Below, piece after piece: positions 17,013 through 26,380 of a stretch of 64,000 nucleotides of DNA. The notes under the pieces were generated by a model. The model saw only the letters and a program-made list of their open reading frames with translations, searched no databases and was not told the DNA's origin. The translations under genes and the position numbers were made by a program. The stretch is taken from assembly GCA_016794425.1 (NCBI GenBank), contig JAEUHR010000043.1, forward strand, positions 128,141 through 192,140. The letters run 5' to 3'. The stretch comes from Planctomycetota bacterium (GTDB lineage: Bacteria; Planctomycetota; UBA1135; UBA2386). Every line of letters begins with the position of its first letter. Position 1 is the stretch's first letter.

Positions 17013-19583
17013 TCAGGGCTTGCGCACGTCGGTGATGTGCGCCTGCACCATCACCATCAGGCTGCGGTTCTCGTCGGCCGAGCCTTCCTGCTTGAACAGG
17101 AACGAGACCAGCGGCAGCCGGGCCAGGATCGGCACTTCGGCGCGGCGCTCCTTGGTCAGCACCTGGCGCAGGCCGCCGATCAGCACCGTGCCGCCGTCCG
17201 GCACCTTCGCGGTGGTCGAGAAGTCGGTCACCGTGAGGTTCGGCAGCTGCAGCGTCACCGGCAGCGTCGAGCCGGCCAGCGACGTCGTGAACGTCGGGAT
17301 CGGGCGCTGCAGTTCGGCGACGGTCGGGTTCAGGTTCAGCGTGATGTACTTGCGGTCGTGGTGGATGACCGGCGTCACGTCCAGCACGATGCCGTCCTGG
17401 ATCACGTCGATCTTCGGGTCGGCGATGAACGCCGCCTGCGCCACTTCGACGTCGAAGTCGCGCACGTAGGCGGTCTGGTTGATCACTGCGACGTGGCCGC
17501 GCTCGCGGTTCAGCACCGACAGGATCTGGCTGTTCATGATCTCCGCGTCCTGCCGCTTCTCGACGGCGCGCAGGATCATGTTCAGCTGGATGTCGTCGAT
17601 CAGCGTCCAGCCGGCGGTCATGCCGCCGGTCGGGCTCAGCACGCGGCCGAGGTCGTTGGCGAAGAAGTTCTCGGTGCGGGCGCGCACGTCGCCATCGCCG
17701 CCGTCGTTGAAGAACATGCCGGCCAGCGGGTTGGCGGCCGGGTCACCGGTGCCGCCGTTGTCGAAGCCGCGCGAAGCGTTGTTCTGCAGGCCGCTGGTGA
17801 GGTCGTCGGTCGTGACCGTGTCGCCCTTGTTGCCGGAGCCGCCGAGGCCGCGGAAGTCGACGCCGATCTCGGTCAGGAAGTTGCGCGAGATGGTCAGGAA
17901 CTTCGAGTCGATCGTGACGATCGGCGTCGCGAAGCGGCGCATGTCGTTCAGGACCTGGATCACCTTCGCGTGCATCTCCGGGCTCGCCTGCACGGACAGC
18001 AGGCCGGTCTCCTCGGGGTTGATCGCGACGCCTTCCGACTCCCAGTACTTCGGGTCGGTGGCTTCCTTCAGGTTGGTCACCAGGTCGGCGAGCTCGATGC
18101 CGGCGACCGGGTCGTCGCCTTCGCTGCCGGTGCGCGGCGTGTCGTCGCTGCTCTCACCGGGGATCGTGTCGATGCGCGGCGGCAGGAACTGCGTGCGCTT
18201 GAAGATCAGATCCTTCACCGGGTAGATGTCGCTGACGATCGTGCCGGCGGCTTCCGACTTGTTGCCGATCACGACGACGCCGTTCTTCACGGTCCAGGCG
18301 AGGTTCTGGCTGCGCCCGATCATGAAGTTCAGGAAGTTCTCGAGGGTCAGCGAGCCGGCGAGCTCGATCACGACCTTGAGGCTCTCGCTGCCGATGATCT
18401 CGCGCGCCTGCGGCGTGGTCAGGATCTGCACGCCGGTGATCAGGTTCAGGTTCTTGACGACTTCGAGGAAGTCGCCGGTCTCCTCGGTGTAGGTCAGCTT
18501 GCCGACCTGCTCGGTGCGGATCTTGTCCCACACGGCCTGGTCCTGCGGGTCGACGACCTTGATCTTGGCGTTGCGCGCCGCGCGGCCGTTGGCCTTCTCC
18601 CACGTCGCCTGGTCGAGGTTCAGGATCGCCGTCTGCGGGATCTTCAGCTCACCATCGGACTCGATCATCGCGCGGATCGCCTTCGCGCGCTCGTCGTACC
18701 AGCGGGTGGTGACGTCGTTGCGGCCGGCCTTGACCGCCGCGTTGTGCATCTCGAACGCGATGCTGTTGTGCGGCTCGATCTCGAGCGCGCGGGCGGCGAG
18801 CTCCTGCGACCGGCTGAACGCACGCTGCTCGAACGCGAGCTGTGACTCCTGGATGTAGCCGTCGACCTTGGCGCGGCGGCGCGCCTCCAGCTCGGCGTTC
18901 TCCTGGCGCAGGCGTTCGGCCAGTTCGGCGTTCTGCTTGGCGACGTTCTCGCGCTGCTGGTCGTCGTAGAGCCGCTGCGCTTCGTCCGTGGCCGCGCGCA
19001 CGTCCTGCGGCAGCTGAGCCCAGTCGTAGTCGTCCTTCAGTTCGATCGTCAGCGCGGCGATGCGCAGTTCCTCGAGCGCGCCGGCGTAGTTCTTCGCCGC
19101 CATCGCCTCGCGGGCGGTCTGCAGCTTCGCCATCACTTCGGCGCGCGCGCGTTCCTCGCCGATCTGGCGCAGGCGCATCTGCTCTTCGCCGAACGTGTTG
19201 ATGCGGCCGATCGGCTCACCGAGTTCGGCCTGCACCGACGCGAGCAGCGTGCGGACCTGTTCGTCGGCGGGCATCAGCTCCTTCGCGCGCAGCAGTTCGC
19301 TCTTGGCCGCTTCGAGCTGGCCGTTCGCGCGCAGGTTCTGCGCGTTCTCGAGGTACTTCGCGACCAGCGCGCGCTGGCGCTCGTTGCGCACGCGCTCCTC
19401 GAGCGTGCCGCCCTGCGGATCCTGGCTCTGCACGCCGCGGCCGCCGGTGCCCGAATCGGTGGTCGGCGTGCCGGCGGGACTGGAGTCCTGAGGCGTGTTC
19501 GACTCGGGCGGAGTCGAGCACGAGGAGCCGAGAACGGCCGCGGTCAGGGAAGCAGCGAGAAGGCGCGGGTGTTCGAGAGCCAT
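17013..19583 (-). CDS. secretin-family outer-membrane channel (paralogue 1) with long N-terminal helical extension
   Basis: C-terminal secretin domain (LNMILRAVEKRQDAEIMNSQILSV...VPDGGTVLIGGL...VPILARLPLVSFLFKQ). N0/N1-like modules (ENFLNFMIGRSQNLAWTVKNGVVVIG). Signal ending LGSSC (non-canonical lipobox). About 270 aa of helical repeat follow the signal. ATG checked at 19581-19583. Confidence 0.85.
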   Translation of the reverse strand: MALEHPRLLAASLTAAVLGSSCSTPPESNTPQDSSPAGTPTTDSGTGGRGVQSQDPQGGTLEERVRNERQRALVAKYLENAQNLRANGQLEAAKSELLRAKELMPADEQVRTLLASVQAELGEPIGRINTFGEEQMRLRQIGEERARAEVMAKLQTAREAMAAKNYAGALEELRIAALTIELKDDYDWAQLPQDVRAATDEAQRLYDDQQRENVAKQNAELAERLRQENAELEARRRAKVDGYIQESQLAFEQRAFSRSQELAARALEIEPHNSIAFEMHNAAVKAGRNDVTTRWYDERAKAIRAMIESDGELKIPQTAILNLDQATWEKANGRAARNAKIKVVDPQDQAVWDKIRTEQVGKLTYTEETGDFLEVVKNLNLITGVQILTTPQAREIIGSESLKVVIELAGSLTLENFLNFMIGRSQNLAWTVKNGVVVIGNKSEAAGTIVSDIYPVKDLIFKRTQFLPPRIDTIPGESSDDTPRTGSEGDDPVAGIELADLVTNLKEATDPKYWESEGVAINPEETGLLSVQASPEMHAKVIQVLNDMRRFATPIVTIDSKFLTISRNFLTEIGVDFRGLGGSGNKGDTVTTDDLTSGLQNNASRGFDNGGTGDPAANPLAGMFFNDGGDGDVRARTENFFANDLGRVLSPTGGMTAGWTLIDDIQLNMILRAVEKRQDAEIMNSQILSVLNRERGHVAVINQTAYVRDFDVEVAQAAFIADPKIDVIQDGIVLDVTPVIHHDRKYITLNLNPTVAELQRPIPTFTTSLAGSTLPVTLQLPNLTVTDFSTTAKVPDGGTVLIGGLRQVLTKERRAEVPILARLPLVSFLFKQEGSADENRSLMVMVQAHITDVRKP

Positions 19584-19988
19584 CGGTTCACGCTCGATGC
19601 GTACGAGATTGCGGGGAGCACCGCGGGGACGGTGTTCTGTCACGTGGCGGCGACAAGCGACCGGTGAACGAAACGGCGGAGGGCACCGCCGCCGATCCGG
19701 AGGGGGACGTTCGGAACCGGGCCGGTCGAGAGGGACTTGCAGCCGACACGTGAGCGGACAGTCCTGTCGGGCCCGGAACGGGCGCGGCAGGGGAGGCGCA
19801 AAGTAGCCACGTCAGCACCCTTGTGCCAGTCCTTTTCGTGCCCTGCCATGGCCCGCTCGCGGGCCGTGCCCGGCCGCGGCAGCCCGCCAACCGTCGGGGT
19901 TCCAGCGGCCCCGGTCCGCTCGGCCGACCGGCGCAACCACCGACGCAAAACGACCGGACCAGCAACGACGCGGCCCACCGCGCCGCGT

Positions 19989-20046
19989 GGGCGGGGTGGG
20001 CCGGGTCGGGGCTGCCGGGGGCTGCCGGGTGGGCTCGCTGGGGTGG
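19989..20046 (+). other. G-tract cluster on the + strand (C-rich on the minus-strand transcript), directly after the exbD stop
   Basis: Nine G3-G5 runs between 19989 and 20043. On the minus-strand RNA this is a C-rich, G-poor stretch 3' of exbD (stop at 20053-20055), similar to a Rho-utilisation site. Confidence 0.45.
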
Positions 20047-20052
20047 CGCTGG

Positions 20053-20601
20053 TTACTTGGCGCCGAGGCCGCCGCCGTAGTTGACCTCCGTGAAGCCGGC
20101 TTCCGCGCACGCGTCGGTCGTCTTGGCGACGTCCTCGTAGTAGGTGCCCGGGTAGGCCTCGATGACACAGGCCATCAGCTTCTTGCCGCCGGTTGCCTTG
20201 TCCGGCACCTGGCTCGACGGATCGGCCGCGATGCGCTTCAGCTCCTTCAGCACGTCGTCGAGGTTGTAGAGCGGCTTCGGTCCCACTTCCCACTTCACGC
20301 GGTGGTCGCGCAGCTTGAAGCGGAACGGACGCCCGGTGTTCGGGTTGACCGCACCAGCCGAGCCGCCCGCGGCATACTCGGGCGTGCCGGCGCTCTCGAC
20401 GTAGATCTTCACCGAGAGCTGCTCCTGCGGCTCGACGACCGAGCTCTGGCTGCCCTTGTCCTTGGGCAGGTAGGCCGACAACTTCGACTCGAGCACTTTG
20501 AAGTCGATGCAGATGAAGAAGATGATCATCAAGAACACGACGTCGATCATCGGCGTCATGTCCGGCTTGACCTCTTCCTGGGCGTCGTCGAGCGCGCTCA
20601 T
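20053..20601 (-). CDS. exbD: ExbD/TolR-family protein (paralogue 2, 182 aa)
   Basis: KPDMTPMIDVVFLMIIFFI N-terminal TM motif. ATGA overlap with the upstream exbD (20598-20601). The periplasmic domain is longer than usual. Confidence 0.85.
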   Translation of the reverse strand: MSALDDAQEEVKPDMTPMIDVVFLMIIFFICIDFKVLESKLSAYLPKDKGSQSSVVEPQEQLSVKIYVESAGTPEYAAGGSAGAVNPNTGRPFRFKLRDHRVKWEVGPKPLYNLDDVLKELKRIAADPSSQVPDKATGGKKLMACVIEAYPGTYYEDVAKTTDACAEAGFTEVNYGGGLGAK

Positions 20602-21134
20602 TTCGTCAACCTCGGGTTCTTCTCACCGGTTTCCTTGTCCTGCTCCGACATCGCGAGCTCGACCTTCCAGAAGGCGATCTCCGGCTGGCTGCACTGCTTC
20701 ATGATCTCGCCGATGTAGTGCCACTCGGTCCACTTGTCGGCGCGGATCAGGATCGGGTCGTCGATCAGTGGCACCATCCTGCCGCCGATGTCCTCTTCCT
20801 TCAGCTTGAGGCGTCCGGTGTTGAGGCCCTGCTGCCGGATGTCCAGCAGCAGCTGCTTGATCGGGGCGAAGTTCTTGCCGTGCACCGCCGGGTCGTAGGC
20901 AACCTGCTTCTCGAACACCACCGAGCCGTTCTGCAGCACGTTGATGATCGGCCGGTTCTCCGGCGGCGTGTCGTCGGGCTCCTGGTAGACCGCCCGCGGC
21001 AGGATCAGGTCTTCGAGGTTCTTCTGGCTCAGGTCGATGACCAGAACGAAGAAGATCATCAGCAGGAACACGCAGTCGATCATGGGCGTCATGTCCATCT
21101 CGACGTTCTGCTGCACCAGTTTTCGGACGTCCAT
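20598..21134 (-). CDS. exbD: ExbD/TolR-family protein (paralogue 1, 178 aa)
   Basis: The internal ATG (MDVRKLVQQNVEMDMTPMIDCVFLLMIFFVLV) was checked at 21132-21134. ExbD TM motif present. Confidence 0.85.
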   Translation of the reverse strand: MDVRKLVQQNVEMDMTPMIDCVFLLMIFFVLVIDLSQKNLEDLILPRAVYQEPDDTPPENRPIINVLQNGSVVFEKQVAYDPAVHGKNFAPIKQLLLDIRQQGLNTGRLKLKEEDIGGRMVPLIDDPILIRADKWTEWHYIGEIMKQCSQPEIAFWKVELAMSEQDKETGEKNPRLTK

Positions 21135-21259
21135 TCGAGGTCTCCTTGGAGTGGGGCCGCCGCGGAGGCGGCCCGTCATCACATCCGCGGCACGTTCCCA
21201 ACGGCCGGGAGGATGCTCAGTTCAGTGGCTCCGTTTGCCGAGGGGGATGCGCCGGGGGC

Positions 21260-21985
21260 TCACTTGCCGCGGAAGCGCTCGAACAGGTCTTCGCTGATCG
21301 CGTTGATCTCGGTGGACGTCTTGATGACGCGATTGCGCAGGTAGAAGAAGGAGACACCGACCGGGATCGCGACCGAGAGGCCGAAGATCGTCGTGATGAG
21401 GGCCATCTTGATACCGCCTGCCAGGGTTGCCGGGCTGACCGAGCCGCCGGCGTCGGCGATCGTGCCGAACGTGACGAACATGCCGGACACCGTGCCGAAC
21501 AGGCCCATCATTGGTGCGATGGCGGACAACAGCGACAGCCAGCCGATCTTCTGGAACAACTTGACCGACTCCTCGGTCTGCATTTCGCGCAGCGACACCT
21601 GCATCGTCTCGAACGAGTGGCCGAGCTTCGACAGGCCGGCGCCGACGCAGTTCGTCAGGTAGTTCTTCTCCTGCTCGCACAGCTCGACCGCTTCCTGGAA
21701 GTTCTCGGCGTCGAACAGCGCCTCGAGTTCGCCGATCAGGTCCGGCGGCGCGAGCTTCTCGCGCTTGATCGTCATGAAGTTCTCGATGATCAGCGCGACG
21801 GCGACGATCGACATCACGATGATCAGGTAGCCGATGAGGCCGGCGTTCTCGTAGGCAAACACGTCCGCGATGGTGCTGCGCTTCCTGGGCGCGGCGGCGT
21901 CGCCCTGGGCGAGCAGGCCGGTGGCCAGGAGCAGCGGAGCGCTGACGGCAAGGAAGCGGACGAACGGCACTTGGACGCGGATCAT
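21260..21985 (-). CDS. exbB: MotA/TolQ/ExbB-family proton channel with N-terminal signal peptide
   Basis: LLSAIAPMMGLFGTVSGMFVTF and GGIKMALITTIFGLSVAIPV channel motifs. Signal MIRVQVPFVRFLAVSAPLLLATGLLAQG. ATG checked at 21983-21985. Confidence 0.9.
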   Translation of the reverse strand: MIRVQVPFVRFLAVSAPLLLATGLLAQGDAAAPRKRSTIADVFAYENAGLIGYLIIVMSIVAVALIIENFMTIKREKLAPPDLIGELEALFDAENFQEAVELCEQEKNYLTNCVGAGLSKLGHSFETMQVSLREMQTEESVKLFQKIGWLSLLSAIAPMMGLFGTVSGMFVTFGTIADAGGSVSPATLAGGIKMALITTIFGLSVAIPVGVSFFYLRNRVIKTSTEINAISEDLFERFRGK

Positions 21986-22105
21986 GGGGAGCTGGGACTC
22001 CTGCGCTTGGCTATGCAGGTGGTGGGGAGAGGGGCGGATTCGAAAAGGGGGTGCGGAAGTCTGCTGGACACCGTGCACCCTGTGAAGGGGGCACCGGCGA
22101 AAGTT

Positions 22106-23227
22106 CTATTTGGCTTGCTCGGCCTTTGCGGCGGCGGCCCACGGCGACGCCGGGTAGCCGTCGATCACGTTCTGGAAGTAGCCGTTCGCGCGTGCCTTGA
22201 AGCTGTCGCCTTCGCGCTCGGGCCCGAGTGCCAGGAGGCACCGGCCGAGGTAGTAGTTGGCCTTGGCGCTGGCCTCGCCGCTGGTGACGTCGAACGCGCA
22301 GGCCTTGGCCAGCGCCAGTTGCGCGCGGCGGAAGTCGTCGGGCCGGTTGTTGGCGACCGCGGCCAGCAGGATCGCTTCGCCCTCGCCGGCGTGGCCGGCC
22401 GCCACGAGTTCCTGCTGGTCGCTGCTGGTCAGCGCGCGGAAGAACTGCTCGGCGCGGTCGAAGTCGCGTTCGCCGAGGTAGGTCTCGCCTTCGCCGACGC
22501 GGGCCTGGATCTTCAGCGCGCGCAGTTCGGCGTCGTCGGGCGACGGCGTGCCGAGCGCGGCGTCGATCGCCGACGCGGCGGCCTGGAACGCCGAGCGCGC
22601 CTCCGGCGCTTTGCCGTCGGCCAGCAGCGTCAGCGCCAGCTCCGACTTCGCGCGGGCGCTCCAGATCGCGCCGAAGCCCTCGCGGGTGGCGCGATCGTCG
22701 AGCTCGCGCAGCGTCGTCGCGGCCTGGCCGCCGACACCGGCGAGGCGCTCGGCGCGGCCCGCGAGCAGCAGCGCTTCGGGCGTGCGCCAGTGGTTGGCAT
22801 TGGCGGTCAACCAGGCCTTCGCGCGCTCGCCGGCGGTCGCGGCAGCGCCCTTGTCGGCACCGATCGCGGCGACGGCGCACTTGACCAGGAAGAACTCGGC
22901 GTCGACCTTGACCAGCGCGCGGTCGGTCTGGTTCTGGGCCTCGCCGAACATCTGCGCCGCGTGGCGGAAGTCGCCCTTCTCCATCGCGGCGCGGCCGACC
23001 AGGTAGGCATCGGGCAGGTTGCTCCACTCGATCGCGAGCACCTGGTGCGCCGGCACTTCGACGCTGTCGTTGCCGCGCTTGGCGCGCACGCCCGACAGCA
23101 GGAACTCGGTGATCTCGAGGCCACGCACGCGCGCACCGTCCTTCTTGACGATGGTGTCGTTGACCTTCTGCGCGGTGGCGAACGGCGCCAGCAGCGCGCC
23201 GGCGACCAGGATGGGGAGGTAGCGCAT
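22106..23227 (-). CDS. exported TPR-like helical-repeat protein (373 aa)
   Basis: Signal MRYLPILVAGALLAPFATAQ. A small beta module is followed by Ala-rich helical repeats (ANYYLGRCLLALG, GETYLGERDFDRAEQFFRAL). Confidence 0.7.
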   Translation of the reverse strand: MRYLPILVAGALLAPFATAQKVNDTIVKKDGARVRGLEITEFLLSGVRAKRGNDSVEVPAHQVLAIEWSNLPDAYLVGRAAMEKGDFRHAAQMFGEAQNQTDRALVKVDAEFFLVKCAVAAIGADKGAAATAGERAKAWLTANANHWRTPEALLLAGRAERLAGVGGQAATTLRELDDRATREGFGAIWSARAKSELALTLLADGKAPEARSAFQAAASAIDAALGTPSPDDAELRALKIQARVGEGETYLGERDFDRAEQFFRALTSSDQQELVAAGHAGEGEAILLAAVANNRPDDFRRAQLALAKACAFDVTSGEASAKANYYLGRCLLALGPEREGDSFKARANGYFQNVIDGYPASPWAAAAKAEQAK

Positions 23228-23243
23228 CGGAGGGATCGGTGGG

Positions 23244-26111
23244 TCAGCGGTTGAAGTTGAAGTAGCTCAGCAGCTTCAGGCCGTCGGCGCCGTGCCCGCG
23301 CAGGGTCTCGAAGTTGTCGGTGGCCCTGGCGATGCGGTAGAGCTTGTCGGCGTACTCCTTGTACTCGCCGTTCTTCGCACCGGCCTGCTTGGCGAACCAG
23401 TACGCCTCCCAGTGGAAGCGGTACCAGTCGAGACTGTACTTCTTGACGTCGGGGCGCAGGCCCCAGGTGCGGTACTCGCCGAAGTACTTGTTGTAGGCTT
23501 CCGCCGGCTTGTCGAGGCCGACGATGCGCACCGGCGCGCCGGTGCCCGAGATCTCGAACCAGCCGCCCAGCGCGCGGCAGATCTGGCGCTTGATCTCCCA
23601 CTGCTGCGGGTTCGCCTTCTCGGCGGCGACCAGCATGTCGTAGGCCTCCTGGAACTTCTGCTGGCGCAGCAGCGCCTCGCCGATCATCGGCCGCACCAGT
23701 TGGTCGACGACGCGCACGACGCTCTCGGTCTTGTCGGCGCCGTAGAGGTCGAGCGTCTTGCGCGCGACCTCGTCGACGCGCTGCCACTGGCCGAGCTGCT
23801 CGGCGGCCTGCATCGTGCCGACCAGCACGGCGAGCTGCGGCTTCGGCGAGTTCGCGATGTAGGAGATACCGAGCGACAGCAGCTTGCCGCGCACCGCGTC
23901 GACCGCGGCCTGCGCGGCCGCGATCTTGCCGTCTTCGGCCTTCTTCGCGATCGCCTGGTCCAGTTCCTTGGTCAGCGCGGTGATCTGGTCCTGGTAGGCC
24001 TTGAACAGTTCGGTCGCGAGGCGCGAGCCGCGCACCTCGTCGAGCGCACGCAGCTGGGCGTAGACCTCTTCGGCCTTGTCGAACTCGCCGAGGTCGGCGT
24101 GCAGGCGGCCCAGGTAGGCGAGCACCGCCGGCAGATTGGCCTCACCGCCCTTGGCGAAGTTCGTGACGTAGGTGCGCGCCGCTTCGACTGCGGCCGGGTA
24201 CTTGGTCAGGTCCTTGGCCAGCTTCAGTTCGTCGTCGCCGCGGGCCTCGGCGTAGGTCATCTGCACCTCGGTGTAGGCGGCCTCGGCCTGCGCGTTGGCG
24301 CGCGCCTGCTGCTTGCCGTTGTCCTTCGCATCGATCGCGTTCTGCCCGCTCCACTCGCGGTAGGCCTGCAGCGCCTGCCGCGCCGACGCGAAGTCGCCCT
24401 GCTGCGCGTGCGCCTTGGCGATGCGCACGCGGGCCTGTTCGTAGAACACGAAGGCCGGCCCGACGTTGCCGTACTGCGTGATCGCGTCGGCGAACTTCTT
24501 GTCGTTGAACGCGTCGTTGCCGGCCTTCCAGAACAGCTTGTCGCCAACCGTGCTGGAGTACTGCGTGATCCCGACCGTGGCCTCGGCGTAGAGCGGGTCG
24601 AAGAACGGGTCGTTCTTGGTTGCGCGCTTGAGCTGCGTCATGGCGCGGTCGAGCGTGTCGGCGGCGTCGGCGGCGCGCTTGGTGTCGGTAGGGCCGTAGC
24701 GCCTCAGGCCCTCGTTGAGCGCCAGCACCGATTCGAGGTAGCGGTCGGTGACGCCGAACGCGGTGCCCAGCAGCTGCCAGGCCTCGAGGCCGAGCTTCTG
24801 CTGCTCGTCCTGGTTCATCGCGCCGATCGCGCGGCGCAGGCGCTTGATCGCCTCCTCGTAGTTCTTGTTCTGGAACTCGCCCTTGCCGATCTCGAACAGC
24901 AGCGTGCCGGACACCAGCCCGCTCTGCACCGCGAGGATGTCGCGCAGCACGGCCTTGGCCTTGACGCCGACGTAGTCGCTCGGGTGCTTGTCGTTGATGC
25001 GCTGGGTCATCGCGAGCGCCTGCGCGACCTTCTGCGCGTCGCCGGACTCGGCGAGGAAGCGCGACTCGGCCAGCAGCATCTGGTGGCCCCACTGCTCGCC
25101 GACGACGTCGAACAGGTCGGCGCCCTTCTCGCCGAACTTCGTCATGTGCTCACGGAACTTCGTGAACAGCGCGGCCGTGTCGGCCGAGCCTTCGCGGATC
25201 ATGACCTCCGCGGTGCGCACGTAGACCTCCTGCAGCATCTCGAACAGGAAGCCCTGCATCTCGCCGGTCAGACCGAGTTCGTCGCTGCTCTCGAGCGACT
25301 TGGCGATCTGGTCGACGGTGCCCTTGTAGAGGTCGATCGCGTCGCCGACCTTGCCGTCGACTTCGTGGCACTGCGCGATCTCGAACAGGCCACGCAGGCC
25401 GATCGCGGTTTCTTCGCCGGCCTCGAGCACCATCTCGGTCAGGTCCTCGATCGCGCGCGCGACGTAGACGCTGCGGTCCGTCTTGACCGCGCGCGCCTGC
25501 TCGCGGCTCAGCACGCCGCGGCGCATCCACATCAGGTAGTACTCGATGTCCTTCTCGGGGTCCTTCCGCAGCGGCCGCAGGTGGTCCATCACCTTCGTGC
25601 ACGCGTCGATGCCGGCGCGGAACACCGTCGCCGCCTCCTCCTCGAGTTCCTTGACGCGCTCGGGGTCCGACTCGCGCGCGATGTCGAGCTCCTCGACCAG
25701 GAACTGGCCGAACTCCTGCGACGCGTTGGCGAGCGTCGAGCGGGCCTCGATCTGCACGCCGGTGTCCGACGAGCGTTCGACCAGCTCCTTCGACTTGTCG
25801 ATCGCCTCCTTGAACAGCTGGCGCTGCTGGGTGCGGTCGCTGCGCGAACGCGCGCCGTAGTAGGCGACTTCGACCGCGAGCTGCGCGATCTTGTCCTGGT
25901 CCGAGGCGCCGCGGAACTCGCCGGCGAGGCGCTCGGCCTCCTCCTTGGCGAGCTCGATGAAGCGCATCTCGCGCGCCAGGGAGCGCACGAACGAGATCTC
26001 GCGGTCGAGCTTCTGCTGTTGCGCGAACAGCGCCGGCGACAGCGAACCGAGGGCGAGGAGCAGGAGCCCACTTTGGCCGCAGGTGCGGCGCGGGCAGAAG
26101 CGTGCAGTCAC
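23244..26111 (-). CDS. large exported helical-repeat (TPR-like) protein (955 aa)
   Basis: GTG start with signal GLLLLALGSLSPALFAQ. All-helical repeat composition throughout and balanced K/E/A/L usage, unlike shadow ORFs. It begins 16 nt upstream of the next gene. Confidence 0.7.
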   Translation of the reverse strand: MTARFCPRRTCGQSGLLLLALGSLSPALFAQQQKLDREISFVRSLAREMRFIELAKEEAERLAGEFRGASDQDKIAQLAVEVAYYGARSRSDRTQQRQLFKEAIDKSKELVERSSDTGVQIEARSTLANASQEFGQFLVEELDIARESDPERVKELEEEAATVFRAGIDACTKVMDHLRPLRKDPEKDIEYYLMWMRRGVLSREQARAVKTDRSVYVARAIEDLTEMVLEAGEETAIGLRGLFEIAQCHEVDGKVGDAIDLYKGTVDQIAKSLESSDELGLTGEMQGFLFEMLQEVYVRTAEVMIREGSADTAALFTKFREHMTKFGEKGADLFDVVGEQWGHQMLLAESRFLAESGDAQKVAQALAMTQRINDKHPSDYVGVKAKAVLRDILAVQSGLVSGTLLFEIGKGEFQNKNYEEAIKRLRRAIGAMNQDEQQKLGLEAWQLLGTAFGVTDRYLESVLALNEGLRRYGPTDTKRAADAADTLDRAMTQLKRATKNDPFFDPLYAEATVGITQYSSTVGDKLFWKAGNDAFNDKKFADAITQYGNVGPAFVFYEQARVRIAKAHAQQGDFASARQALQAYREWSGQNAIDAKDNGKQQARANAQAEAAYTEVQMTYAEARGDDELKLAKDLTKYPAAVEAARTYVTNFAKGGEANLPAVLAYLGRLHADLGEFDKAEEVYAQLRALDEVRGSRLATELFKAYQDQITALTKELDQAIAKKAEDGKIAAAQAAVDAVRGKLLSLGISYIANSPKPQLAVLVGTMQAAEQLGQWQRVDEVARKTLDLYGADKTESVVRVVDQLVRPMIGEALLRQQKFQEAYDMLVAAEKANPQQWEIKRQICRALGGWFEISGTGAPVRIVGLDKPAEAYNKYFGEYRTWGLRPDVKKYSLDWYRFHWEAYWFAKQAGAKNGEYKEYADKLYRIARATDNFETLRGHGADGLKLLSYFNFNR

Positions 26112-26239
26112 GGGCAGACTCCGGGATTGGCTAGGCTGCGTTCGTACGGGCGATGCCGCGGCCGTCGCGCGACGGCCTGGGCGCGGATTCGGCGCGCGGG
26201 GAGGGGGCTGCCACAGCGCGCCACAGAGGGGAACGGCCG

Positions 26240-26267
26240 ACTATAGCGACGCGTTCACTCGTTCCAA
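26240..26267 (-). promoter_or_regulatory. candidate sigma70-type promoter TTGGAA-N16-TATAGT (minus strand)
   Basis: The reverse complement of 26262-26267 is TTGGAA and that of 26240-26245 is TATAGT. It lies about 130 nt upstream of the 955-aa gene start. Motif match only. Confidence 0.3.
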
Positions 26268-26380
26268 CCGCGTGCTGTCCGTTGCGCGGTGCGCGGTCGG
26301 CCGGGCCGGAAACGACCGCGGCCGCCGTCGCCCGGGGGCGCCGGCGGCCGCGGGCCGCGTTGGGTGCGAGCGAGCGCCGC

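Noticed and set aside
16437-18845. Long plus-strand ORFs (16437-18845, 23292-26246, 26153-28612) overlapping the secretin/TPR cluster
   Set aside because: All are antisense to genes with clear secretin or helical-repeat signatures. Their translations are dominated by Arg/Ala/Gly/Asp/Val runs (for example VDDRRHVQHDAVLDHVDLRV). This looks like the mirror-image codon bias of the real genes.
19813-19828. Sigma-54-like element on the minus strand (TGGCAC-AAGGG-TGCT) upstream of secretin 1
   Set aside because: The GG-to-GC spacing is one nucleotide shorter than the strict -24/-12 consensus (TGGCAC-N5-TTGC). No enhancer-binding protein gene is present in the window.
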